Sequence record: MZ089737.1
DNA from: Pseudomonas phage PSA28
Reading direction: 5' to 3' (one strand)
DNA length: 32,000 bases
The first letter of the stretch is position 1, and every line of letters begins with the position of its first letter. A program made the translations under genes and the position numbers. The notes under the pieces are model-generated. The model made no database searches, was not told the DNA's origin, and saw only the letters and a list, made by a program, of their open reading frames with translations. Positions 9,547 through 17,087 of the stretch are shown one piece after another.

Positions 9547-10431
9547 ATGACCGGGATTAAGTTTGACCAAGGTAAGGCCCCGCTTAGTCTGATTGACCCG
9601 CGCTTCACCGAGGAGGTGGCGCGGGTTCTGACTATCGGGGAACAGAAATACGGACGAGCGAACTGGCAGGGGCTCAAGGTAGAGCGCCTGTTGGACGCAG
9701 TCAAAAGACATGTACTGGAATTAGAGAAGAGCAACGACCATGACGACGAAACTGGACTCCACCACGCAGCACACGCCGCCTCCGGCCTTATGTTCATCTA
9801 CTGGCTCCTCAACAACCGACCAGCCTCGGACGACCGCAGATGGTCTGCCGCCGTGCCGGGAGTGCGGGAGCGAGGAGGCCGTGTACAGTCCGTCCCGCAT
9901 AGCGAAAAAGGACTGGATATGCAACCAGTGCCTGCGGCGGCGTCATCGGGCAGCCAAAAAAGAGCGTACTCAACGGGGACAATAGCCGATGTACAAAAGC
10001 TTATTAGTGGATGGGCTGACCGGACCTTTCCTGACCGCACTATCGGAGAGGCAATCCTCAAACTTAAAAAAGAGCTGGCCGAGCTTGACACCGCTGGCTA
10101 TCTTGACGCGGGAGAGTTTGCAGATGTCGCCATTCTGCTGCTCGATATCGGACAGCTTGCGGGAATCGACATCTCAACCGCAGTGGCAAATAAGATGGCG
10201 ATTAATGAGCGACGCGTTTGGCAACGCCTCGAAGACGGCACACATCAGCATGTTATCGATGGAGGCCGCACTGATGGACTCGACCCGATTATTAGACGAG
10301 TCAGTCTTGGAGATGTGGACCCAGTCAACCACGAGGTCGAGTCCCATCTCTGTGTCGTCTGTGGACGCAGATTCCCTTCTGAAAGCGATAGAGCAACTCA
10401 CTACCAAACCGAACACGGGAGCAAAGCATGA
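9547..10431 (+). CDS. mazZ: two-domain nucleotide pyrophosphohydrolase-like protein (N-terminal DUF5664 domain, MazG-like MazZ-type C-terminal domain, terminal C2H2-like finger)
   Basis: N-term MTGIKFDQGKAPLSLIDP...EVARVLTIGEQKYGRANWQ...HHAAHAASGLMFIYWLL (DUF5664-like); C-term DVQKLISGWADRTFPDRTIGEAILKLKKELAEL...AGEFADVAILLLDIGQLAGID (MazG-like, KKELAEL/EFADV); end CVVCGRRFPSESDRATHYQTEH. Confidence 0.8.
   Translation: MTGIKFDQGKAPLSLIDPRFTEEVARVLTIGEQKYGRANWQGLKVERLLDAVKRHVLELEKSNDHDDETGLHHAAHAASGLMFIYWLLNNRPASDDRRWSAAVPGVRERGGRVQSVPHSEKGLDMQPVPAAASSGSQKRAYSTGTIADVQKLISGWADRTFPDRTIGEAILKLKKELAELDTAGYLDAGEFADVAILLLDIGQLAGIDISTAVANKMAINERRVWQRLEDGTHQHVIDGGRTDGLDPIIRRVSLGDVDPVNHEVESHLCVVCGRRFPSESDRATHYQTEHGSKA
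9740..9985 (+). CDS. possible overprinted zinc-ribbon protein (81 aa) in +1 frame inside mazZ-like ORF
   Basis: ...CRECGSEEAVYSPSRIAKKDWICNQCLRRRHRAAKKERTQRGQ in frame 2, overlapping the linker of the 9547 ORF; GAAGAG upstream of ATG 9740. Confidence 0.45.
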   Translation: MTTKLDSTTQHTPPPALCSSTGSSTTDQPRTTADGLPPCRECGSEEAVYSPSRIAKKDWICNQCLRRRHRAAKKERTQRGQ

Positions 10432-11012
10432 TAACCATGACCCCTCGCGACTTAATGCGAGCCCAGTATGTAAACCGCTGGCAGATAGTGCCGACCTCCC
10501 GACCGCAGAACGTCGCGCAGCACTCATGGGCGGTGGCTATGCTAGCCATGAATCTGTGGTGTCGCCGGACTGGTGGCCAACCCGGTGAAGCGGCCACCGA
10601 TGTCGAGCTGGGTAAAATCGCTGTCATGGCTCTGTGGCACGACGCCCCGGAGGTCTTCACGGGCGACATTAACACGCCGACCAAGATATTCCTGAACGCG
10701 TCCAACGCCCTCGATGAGCTTGAGAACACGGCGGGTGATGGATACCTCGAATCGATGGACGGCGGCCCTATCCGTACATGCGTGAAGATAGCCGACTTCC
10801 TCGAAGCCATGTATTGGCTGATGGAGCACGGGGATGGCCACTACGCCAACAACCAGCTTCACGGCCTGAACGAGCGCTTCCATCAGTACCTGAATGAGCA
10901 CGCCCCGTTGTGGCGTGATTCGGCTGTGGCCCTGTGGAAAGAGCTTAGTGATGTAAACGCAGAGACCACCACCTTTCAACGTGTTAACTACTTAAAGGCT
11001 AACGATGCGTAA
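10428..11012 (+). CDS. datZ: HD-domain (d)NTP phosphohydrolase, DatZ-like dATP triphosphohydrolase
   Basis: YfbR-like HD motifs: PQNVAQHSWAVAMLAMNLW, ALWHDAPEVFTGDINTPTK, VKIADFLEAMYWL; ATGA overlap with the upstream MazZ-like gene. Confidence 0.88.
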   Translation: MITMTPRDLMRAQYVNRWQIVPTSRPQNVAQHSWAVAMLAMNLWCRRTGGQPGEAATDVELGKIAVMALWHDAPEVFTGDINTPTKIFLNASNALDELENTAGDGYLESMDGGPIRTCVKIADFLEAMYWLMEHGDGHYANNQLHGLNERFHQYLNEHAPLWRDSAVALWKELSDVNAETTTFQRVNYLKANDA

Positions 11013-11430
11013 AGAAGAGCAGAAGATGTGGGACCGCCTCAGACCGCAACTCCAAGCGCTCGGGGTGAAGTACGACCGGGTCGAAAGCCCGGCCACCGCG
11101 CCCGACTTCCCGGACCTCGCTTACACGTGGGGCCGCCGTCACGGGTTCATCGAGTTCAAGGCCACGGAAATCGACGATAAGGGCCGTCTGGACCTGCGGC
11201 ACTTTACCGCTGGTCAACGCCGCTGGCTCCGCAACCGTAGCCCCGGTGGTGCGACGTGGCTGCTCATCAGGGTATATGCCCCGGATGAGATGTGGCTCGT
11301 GCTTAAGGGTACGTTCGCGTTCTCTGTGGCCGACCGTCCCACCCTGCTCGACATCGAACCGTTTACCTATCTGACCCTCAAGGGGGGAGTGACCGCAGAA
11401 TGGCTCCGTCAGTGGCTCTTACAGGCATAA
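11005..11430 (+). CDS. small PD-(D/E)XK (VRR-NUC-like) nuclease
   Basis: DFPDLAYTW...HGFIEFKATE (PD...ExK signature), length 141 aa; overlaps the datZ-like gene. Confidence 0.65.
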   Translation: MRKEEQKMWDRLRPQLQALGVKYDRVESPATAPDFPDLAYTWGRRHGFIEFKATEIDDKGRLDLRHFTAGQRRWLRNRSPGGATWLLIRVYAPDEMWLVLKGTFAFSVADRPTLLDIEPFTYLTLKGGVTAEWLRQWLLQA

Positions 11431-11434
11431 ACCT

Positions 11435-11460
11435 GTTCCCGGTGGAGGCCGGGAACTTTA
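11435..11460 (+). terminator. hairpin terminator after the Z-module
   Basis: GTTCCCGG-tggagg-CCGGGAAC (11435-11442/11449-11456) followed by TTTA, directly after the nuclease stop. Confidence 0.6.
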
Positions 11461-11477
11461 CCTCCCCTACCTCGACG

Positions 11478-11729
11478 ATGGAGATGGCCACCCACACCCC
11501 GTTGGCTGACTTCCTGACGTTCTGGAAGGGGGTCCCTTTAGAAGTCGAGCGCGAGCTCCGGGGTATCAGTACCGACTGGGCCTCTAAAGGCAGGCTATAT
11601 CAACCCAGCATCGACGGGCCGGGGACCACCCTAGCCCACGTGATGCCATTTTTGACCCCCGCCTGTCAAAGCCAGATACATACCCTGCTTGCGGTCCACT
11701 ACTACGGGCTGTTTGGTGCTACGCCCTAA
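11478..11729 (+). CDS. hypothetical small protein (about 83 aa)
   Basis: Internal ATG of the 11400-11729 ORF; no strong ribosome-binding site; fills the gap between terminator and next promoter. Confidence 0.35.
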   Translation: MEMATHTPLADFLTFWKGVPLEVERELRGISTDWASKGRLYQPSIDGPGTTLAHVMPFLTPACQSQIHTLLAVHYYGLFGATP

Positions 11730-11733
11730 TATA

Positions 11734-11785
11734 TTGACAAAGGGCCCCAACCATGTTATAATGTAGTTTCTAGGGGCGAGGCCCC
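11734..11785 (+). promoter_or_regulatory. promoter + 5' hairpin cassette 2
   Basis: TTGACA(11734-11739)-N17-TATAAT(11757-11762), hairpin GGGGC-GAG-GCCCC (11773-11785), then CCCGGAGATAGAGAG before ATG 11816. Confidence 0.88.
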
Positions 11786-11815
11786 GCCCCAACAGAGCAA
11801 CCCGGAGATAGAGAG

Positions 11816-12739
11816 ATGAGCAAAGCAATCGTAGACGGCAAACTGGTAGAAGTAGTGGTAGTTAACGGCGGCTGGACCACCTACGTGGACCACAACGGCG
11901 CAACCCGCAAAATCCGCAACAGCCAAGTGAACTCCACCCCGGCTGACGTGGCAGCACTGGAGGCTCTGGCCGAAGCTGGCGACACCACTGCGCAGGACAA
12001 GCTGATTGCCGCATCTGACAAGAATCACCCGGTGATGGACCTCGACGCGACCTTTAAATGCGACCGCTGCGAGACCGAGTTCCTGTCACAGGAAGCGCTG
12101 GACGAGCACATCGCCGAGCACGACGCGCCGAAAAAACCACGCAGCTCGATGGTGATGCTGGTGGCTGGTGGCGCGAAGAGTGCCGAAGTGCTGGAACGCC
12201 GCGCAGCAGCGAAAGAGCAGAAGCGCATCGAAGAGAACACCAAAAAGCCACGCATCACCCGCGCCAACCTGCTGACCATCACCTGCTGCCCAGAGTGCGG
12301 CAGTAAGGAAATCTATTTCGGCCACGCCCCGCAGGGTATGGTCATCAACGAGGACACCGTCGCTGGCTGCCACGATTGCGACTGGGAGGTGGACTTCACC
12401 GACAAGGAAGCGAAGGTAGTGCCGGACATGACCCGCTACACCGTTGGCAAAGGCACGACCGTGACCGGGCGCAAGACCATCGACATCGACGACTACGTGG
12501 CTGACAAGCTGCGCGGCCTCGACCTCGAAGATATCTACAACTACGTCGCAGCGGTGCTGGCCGAACTGAACGTGGAATACATCGGCACAGGCAGCAAAAA
12601 GATGCACTGTGGACTCGGCGACCTGAAAGCTCGCTATAACCACCTGAACGTAGGGATGCAGCGCATGAACCTCGGCAACCTGCTCCGTGGCACGATGCGC
12701 CGTCTGGGAATGGAGACTCTCCCTGAGGTAGACGCATGA
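11816..12739 (+). CDS. zinc-finger/zinc-ribbon protein of unknown function (307 aa)
   Basis: CDRCETEFLSQEALDEHIAEH (C2H2-like) and CCPECGSKEIYF...AGCHDCDWEV (ribbon). Confidence 0.8.
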   Translation: MSKAIVDGKLVEVVVVNGGWTTYVDHNGATRKIRNSQVNSTPADVAALEALAEAGDTTAQDKLIAASDKNHPVMDLDATFKCDRCETEFLSQEALDEHIAEHDAPKKPRSSMVMLVAGGAKSAEVLERRAAAKEQKRIEENTKKPRITRANLLTITCCPECGSKEIYFGHAPQGMVINEDTVAGCHDCDWEVDFTDKEAKVVPDMTRYTVGKGTTVTGRKTIDIDDYVADKLRGLDLEDIYNYVAAVLAELNVEYIGTGSKKMHCGLGDLKARYNHLNVGMQRMNLGNLLRGTMRRLGMETLPEVDA

Positions 12740-13062
12740 AGATGAAAACGACCGAGGGCCAGTTCCTGGAGCTGGCCTCCGCCCTGACCAACCAGATGGC
12801 CGACGCCGGGGTATTCTCCGGCCTCAACTTCGAGATAGACCCGAAGGTCCGCTCCATCCGGTTCTCGACCAACAACGGTACGGTGATGTACTACCCGGCG
12901 TCTAACCTGTGGCAGTACAAGCAGATGACGTTCGAGTCCAACATGGCCGACTTCATCGACTGGATGAAGGAGTTCTACGGCAACGACCGGATTAAGCGTG
13001 ACCACCTGCGCACAGGCCCCACTCGCCGGGAGAGGGAGCGCAAGCGGCAGGGCACGCTCTAA
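12736..13062 (+). CDS. hypothetical protein (108 aa)
   Basis: ATGA-type overlap with upstream gene; collinear. Confidence 0.7.
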   Translation: MKMKTTEGQFLELASALTNQMADAGVFSGLNFEIDPKVRSIRFSTNNGTVMYYPASNLWQYKQMTFESNMADFIDWMKEFYGNDRIKRDHLRTGPTRRERERKRQGTL

Positions 13063-13065
13063 ATA

Positions 13066-13120
13066 TTGACAGGGCCCCCAACCTATGGTATAATAAAATT
13101 TCAGGGGGCGAGGGGCCCTC
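13066..13120 (+). promoter_or_regulatory. promoter + 5' hairpin cassette 3
   Basis: TTGACA(13066-13071)-N17-TATAAT(13089-13094), hairpin GGGGGC-gaggg-GCCCTC (13104-13120, one G:U), then ACCGGAGATATAGAG before ATG 13141. Confidence 0.9.
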
Positions 13121-13140
13121 GGCAAACCGGAGATATAGAG

Positions 13141-13482
13141 ATGAACACAGTAAACCTGAACACCACCGTAAAAATGGGTCTGATGGGTCTGGCCACCGCC
13201 GAGCCGATGTACGAACTGTTCGTAGCTCGCTCAACCGACCTGCACGAAGTGATGACCGAGGATGGTATGGGTACTGACGTCAATGCGTGTGTGGGCCTTC
13301 GCCGCATCGACGGGAAAGAGTGGCTGCACTCTCGCCTGTTCACTGGCGGCTTCCAATGTGTGGGTGACGAGGAAGTCGGATACCACGATATCTACGTAAG
13401 TGCAGCGGCACAAGCCGAGGACCTTATCGAGAAAATCAAAGCCCGTGGTATAATCAATCTGGGCCACTGGGACGAAGTCTAA
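13141..13482 (+). CDS. hypothetical early protein (113 aa)
   Basis: Immediately downstream of the promoter cassette and leader. Confidence 0.8.
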   Translation: MNTVNLNTTVKMGLMGLATAEPMYELFVARSTDLHEVMTEDGMGTDVNACVGLRRIDGKEWLHSRLFTGGFQCVGDEEVGYHDIYVSAAAQAEDLIEKIKARGIINLGHWDEV

Positions 13483-13490
13483 ACATCAAC

Positions 13491-13506
13491 GGGGCCTTCG
13501 GGCCCC
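13491..13506 (+). terminator. GGGGCC-TTCG-GGCCCC hairpin
   Basis: Perfect 6-bp stem closed by C(UUCG)G tetraloop, 8 nt after a stop codon and just before the next RBS. Confidence 0.45.
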
Positions 13507-13520
13507 AAAGGAGACCGGAA

Positions 13521-13640
13521 ATGAGCAAATACACCGTGCAGTACACCACCGAGAACCCAGCCTATGAAGCTGGCCGTGCAATGTGGCGCGTGGTTGGCGT
13601 CATCGTTCTGGTCTCCGTCATCGTAGGTATGTTCGCATGA
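13521..13640 (+). CDS. small membrane protein (39 aa), absent from the supplied ORF track
   Basis: AAGGAGACCGGAA ATG; MSKYTVQYTTENPAYEAGRAMWRVVGVIVLVSVIVGMFA with one hydrophobic helix; ATGA overlap with next gene. Confidence 0.65.
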   Translation: MSKYTVQYTTENPAYEAGRAMWRVVGVIVLVSVIVGMFA

Positions 13641-13870
13641 AGATATCAGTCGTATCCAAGGGGCCGGGCCGCTGGAGCGTGTTTCAATCCATCGGCCTGT
13701 CCGCTAACGTGGCAGCAGGGCGCATCGTCCGCACCCAATCGCTGGGTGCTGCCAAGACCTATTTCTTCGACCTCGGGGAAAACCGTCACGAGTTAGGCTC
13801 CCTACCTAAAGCGTGGCCAAACCAAATCAAACGCATTCTGGAGAGCAACCATGTCCGAACCACGCAATAA
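13637..13870 (+). CDS. hypothetical protein (77 aa)
   Basis: ATG 13637 overlaps previous stop (ATGA) and its 3' end overlaps the next gene. Confidence 0.6.
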   Translation: MKISVVSKGPGRWSVFQSIGLSANVAAGRIVRTQSLGAAKTYFFDLGENRHELGSLPKAWPNQIKRILESNHVRTTQ

Positions 13871-14876
13871 ACGACTCATCAGCGCCGACACTGTGTACGG
13901 CCTCATTCAGTCCACCAACGACCTCCTGCGCGACCGCTTCACGTCGAGAGGGCGGACCCTCGACGACAACTGCTGGCGCACCTGCAACGTGTTCGAACTC
14001 GAACAGGGTTTCTGGAAGGCCATCAAGGACCGTGACTTCGGCTCCGTGCTGACCTACTCCGTCATGCTGGCCGGGCGCGACGTGAACGTGGCCGACCTCA
14101 TCGGCGAACACCTCAAATCCCACAATGAGCAGGTGGTGAACCTGCAGACCAGCCACAGCGAGCACGTGCGCAAGCTCAAGGAAGAGCACCGCGTGGCCGC
14201 AGAGGAGGCCGCACGTAAGATGGAGACCATGCACGACACTATCCGTCTGCAGGGTATCACCAACAGTCAGCATGAGCAGACCATCAAGGACCTGCGTGCC
14301 AAGCTGGAAGACAAGGGCGTCGACCCGGACACGGCTGGGTACATGCACACCCACTACGGCCCGATGACTATGGGCGTAGCACTCGAATCCGAAGCCAAAC
14401 CGGAGCTTTGCTACTCGGTGGAGAAGGTCGCCGGGGAAGTGGTGGAAACGACCGTCATTCAGGGCGACCCGGCAGCGGTGAAGGACCTCGTACAGGTCAT
14501 CCGTGCAGAACAAGCCGCTTGCAACGGTCCAGACAACGCCTATATCGACATGTCCATCCTCAACGACGACATAGCCAAATCGGTCAAAGCGGCAGCGGCC
14601 AAGGGAGCGGCCAAGGCGTACGACGACAACCAGAGGCTGTTCTCGGTCAGCCCGGCAGAGGCACAGTCTCGCGTCCTCCGTCTGCAATCCGCCACCGCGT
14701 TAATCCTGCAGCTGCCTGACACGCACGATGGTCGCGCCACATGGCTGCTCAACTACGCCACCCACAGCGACCCGGACGTGCAGGAGGCCATTCGCCAGCA
14801 TCCTCGGGCGTTCACCTCCATCGATGACGCCGTGAACTGGGTCAACAACCTGAAAAGCGAGGCCCCAGCGGTCTGA
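13851..14876 (+). CDS. hypothetical protein with coiled-coil region (341 aa)
   Basis: Long ORF; heptad-rich HNEQVVNLQTSHSEHVRKLKEEHRVAAEEAARKMETMHDTIRLQ. Confidence 0.8.
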   Translation: MSEPRNKRLISADTVYGLIQSTNDLLRDRFTSRGRTLDDNCWRTCNVFELEQGFWKAIKDRDFGSVLTYSVMLAGRDVNVADLIGEHLKSHNEQVVNLQTSHSEHVRKLKEEHRVAAEEAARKMETMHDTIRLQGITNSQHEQTIKDLRAKLEDKGVDPDTAGYMHTHYGPMTMGVALESEAKPELCYSVEKVAGEVVETTVIQGDPAAVKDLVQVIRAEQAACNGPDNAYIDMSILNDDIAKSVKAAAAKGAAKAYDDNQRLFSVSPAEAQSRVLRLQSATALILQLPDTHDGRATWLLNYATHSDPDVQEAIRQHPRAFTSIDDAVNWVNNLKSEAPAV

Positions 14877-14900
14877 TACCATCAGTATTTAGTAAAACGG

Positions 14901-14918
14901 CGGGGGCTAACACCCCCG
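14901..14918 (+). terminator. stem-loop after the 14876 gene
   Basis: CGGGGG-ctaaca-CCCCCG followed by TTCCTGT. Confidence 0.45.
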
Positions 14919-14949
14919 TTCCTGTAGACGACAACTAAAGGCGAGGGAT

Positions 14950-15381
14950 ATGAAACCTATCCGACACATCCAGCAGTGGGACCAGCGCTCGTGCGTGGCC
15001 GCTTGCCTCCTCATGATGACCGATTTGGAGGTCGTACCCGAACTCCGGGAGGGCATCGACGGCCTGTACAAGCGCTCCGGCAACATCCACGCGTGCTGCA
15101 GCCTGATGAGCATCCCGGCGAGGACCGTGAACTGGCCAGCCGGACAGTGGATTGAGGAGGGCGGCATCTTCCTCGTGTACGCCGTGAAGGAAACCGAGTT
15201 CCATGCCCTCATCGTCGATTGCCGTGGCAACGAGCCCGTGGTGTATGACCCGGCCCGAGGCTGGGGCGATGGCGAGTTCGTGTGGTCCGACCCCGAGCCG
15301 TGTTCTGGCCAGAGAGTGCTGAAAAACAGCATGTACCTCCCGGCGCTGCGCTTCACAGACAAAAACTGGTACAACCACTAG
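14950..15381 (+). CDS. C39/papain-like cysteine peptidase-fold protein (143 aa)
   Basis: IRHIQQWDQRSCVAACLLMMTD (catalytic-Cys helix), EFHALIVD (His), EPVVYDPARG (Asp). Confidence 0.6.
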   Translation: MKPIRHIQQWDQRSCVAACLLMMTDLEVVPELREGIDGLYKRSGNIHACCSLMSIPARTVNWPAGQWIEEGGIFLVYAVKETEFHALIVDCRGNEPVVYDPARGWGDGEFVWSDPEPCSGQRVLKNSMYLPALRFTDKNWYNH

Positions 15382-15391
15382 GAGATAAGAG

Positions 15392-15520
15392 ATGACCTTT
15401 TCCATGTTTGAGGTGTTCTACACGTGGGTATGGGGCTTCGTCCCCGGCATTATGGTCGGCATCGCGCTGGCCATCTTCGTAGCCCGTATCGAAAACGTGA
15501 AACTCGGTGGTGACAAATGA
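15392..15520 (+). CDS. small membrane protein (42 aa), absent from the supplied ORF track
   Basis: TAGGAGATAAGAG ATG; MTFSMFEVFYTWVWGFVPGIMVGIALAIFVARIENVKLGGDK; ATGA overlap with next gene. Confidence 0.65.
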   Translation: MTFSMFEVFYTWVWGFVPGIMVGIALAIFVARIENVKLGGDK

Positions 15521-16320
15521 ACATCGAGCTTATGCGTAAGGGCAACGAACCCGCTTTCCCGAAGCTGCGCACCGAACAGGTGAGAGCGGCCCTGCGTACC
15601 CGGTTCTGTCAGCCCGAGTGGGCCCTGTTCTTCGAAGTGGCGGACGGCACGGGTGCATCGCAACGCCGTTGGGCCGACGCCATGGCCATGAACATGTGGG
15701 GGTCTCGTGGGCTGGCGTTGCACGGGTTCGAGATTAAGGTGTCACGGTCCGACTGGAAACGCGAGCTAGCTAATCCGGCCAAGGCCGAGTCCATCGCTGG
15801 CCTGTGCGATTTCTGGACCATCGTAGCCCCCAAAGGCATGATACCTATCGATGAGCTACCGCCCGGCTGGGGTTTGCTTGAGGTGGACGCCGACCTTAAA
15901 GTAGTGCAGCGTGTCGCAGGGCCTAAGAACCCGGACCCTGCAGCGTTCACCCGGTCATTCGTGGCGTCCCTCCTGCGTAGTGCGGCCAAGGTGGACGAGT
16001 CCATCATCCGTGGGGCCATCGAGCTTGCTCGCGGTGACTGGGAGAAGACGGTCGAGGACCGAATCCGCCAGCGTACCGAGTACCTGCGTAGCGACGGGGC
16101 CGAGGCGCTCAAGCTGCTGGACGAGTTCAAGGAGCTGTCCGGCATCGACCTGCGTTCATACAAGTGGGACGCCAAAAAGCTGCACAAGGCCCTGACCATC
16201 GCCGAGTCGGGCATCATCGACCGCTGGGGCGGACTGGAACGAATGGTGGAGCACCTGCAGGAGGCGACCAAGCTGGCCGCCGCTCTTAAGACAGCTATTG
16301 ACTCGGACCCCAACCTGTAG
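15517..16320 (+). CDS. MmcB-like / PD-(D/E)XK-family putative nuclease (267 aa)
   Basis: RWADAMAMNMWGSRGLALHGFEIKVSRSDWKRELANPAKAESIAGLCDFWTIVAPKG, the pattern typical of MmcB-family DNA repair proteins. Confidence 0.65.
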   Translation: MNIELMRKGNEPAFPKLRTEQVRAALRTRFCQPEWALFFEVADGTGASQRRWADAMAMNMWGSRGLALHGFEIKVSRSDWKRELANPAKAESIAGLCDFWTIVAPKGMIPIDELPPGWGLLEVDADLKVVQRVAGPKNPDPAAFTRSFVASLLRSAAKVDESIIRGAIELARGDWEKTVEDRIRQRTEYLRSDGAEALKLLDEFKELSGIDLRSYKWDAKKLHKALTIAESGIIDRWGGLERMVEHLQEATKLAAALKTAIDSDPNL

Positions 16321-16326
16321 TATACT
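16298..16326 (+). promoter_or_regulatory. sigma70-type promoter (TTGACT-N17-TATACT) embedded in the end of the preceding gene
   Basis: TTGACT 16298-16303, TATACT 16321-16326; spacer CGGACCCCAACCTGTAG resembles the shared spacer word. Confidence 0.7.
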
Positions 16327-16368
16327 ATATGTACGGCCCCGCTGTGGGACCAATACGGAGATATAGAG

Positions 16369-16680
16369 ATGAACATCAAAGAGATAACCTTCCAGCACGG
16401 AAACGACTTTTCGGCCATCATGGTATGCGAGCACTGCGGCACTACTGGCCTGATGCGTGGCGGCTACCATGACGCGCACTTCCACAACAACGTCATCCCT
16501 AACATCAACTGCCCGACCTGCGACCGCAACCGCTATGGCGAATCGACCGAGCTGGGTGCTGTACGCCGCGCACGCCTCGGGGTTAGCCCGGTGTCGCTGG
16601 AAAACGTGGTCCCGGCCACACGTCCGCCACGTGCTGAACTCCGCACCGACGAATCCGAAAACTGGGGGTCACGCTCATGA
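16369..16680 (+). CDS. small Cys-rich (zinc-ribbon-like) protein (103 aa)
   Basis: CEHCGTTG...CPTCDRNRYG; CGGAGATATAGAG leader. Confidence 0.75.
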   Translation: MNIKEITFQHGNDFSAIMVCEHCGTTGLMRGGYHDAHFHNNVIPNINCPTCDRNRYGESTELGAVRRARLGVSPVSLENVVPATRPPRAELRTDESENWGSRS

Positions 16681-17087
16681 GCAACGTAGTCAACGTGGAC
16701 CGCCATAACGATGTGCTGTATGGCACAACAGACCCGACCAACCCGGTCGGCCTCCCCGGTGGCACTCCGGCCCTGACGACCCTCCTGTATAAGGTCTGTG
16801 ACCAAGATGCGGGTAAATTCGAAGAGGCCCTGCGCCTGATTGGTCTCTTCCTTGACAAGAAGGGTGAGTACGACGTGGCCCCGCTCAAGAAGCTGGAGCG
16901 TCTGATGGGGTACGTGCAGAACGGGACGGACGGTATCATCAGTCTGTTCCAAGACGATGCGACCATGAACTACGGCATTAGCCACCGTGCACCGGGCAAG
17001 ACCCACAACGACTGGGTGACGTTCGGGACCTCGCTGGCCAACACCATCAAGGTAGCATACGAAAATCATAAGGACGACTGCGAATGA
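16677..17087 (+). CDS. hypothetical protein (136 aa)
   Basis: ATGA overlaps at both ends. Confidence 0.75.
   Translation: MSNVVNVDRHNDVLYGTTDPTNPVGLPGGTPALTTLLYKVCDQDAGKFEEALRLIGLFLDKKGEYDVAPLKKLERLMGYVQNGTDGIISLFQDDATMNYGISHRAPGKTHNDWVTFGTSLANTIKVAYENHKDDCE

Noticed and set aside
8758-9711. 317-aa antisense ORF opposite purZ
   Set aside because: Shadow frame of a clearly recognisable PurZ coding sequence; no RBS or recognisable domain; long antisense ORFs are expected in this GC-rich DNA.
13583-13636. Upstream extension of the 13583-13870 ORF
   Set aside because: ATG 13637 overlaps the stop of the newly noted 39-aa ORF (ATGA) in the way typical of this genome, so the extension is less likely to be translated.
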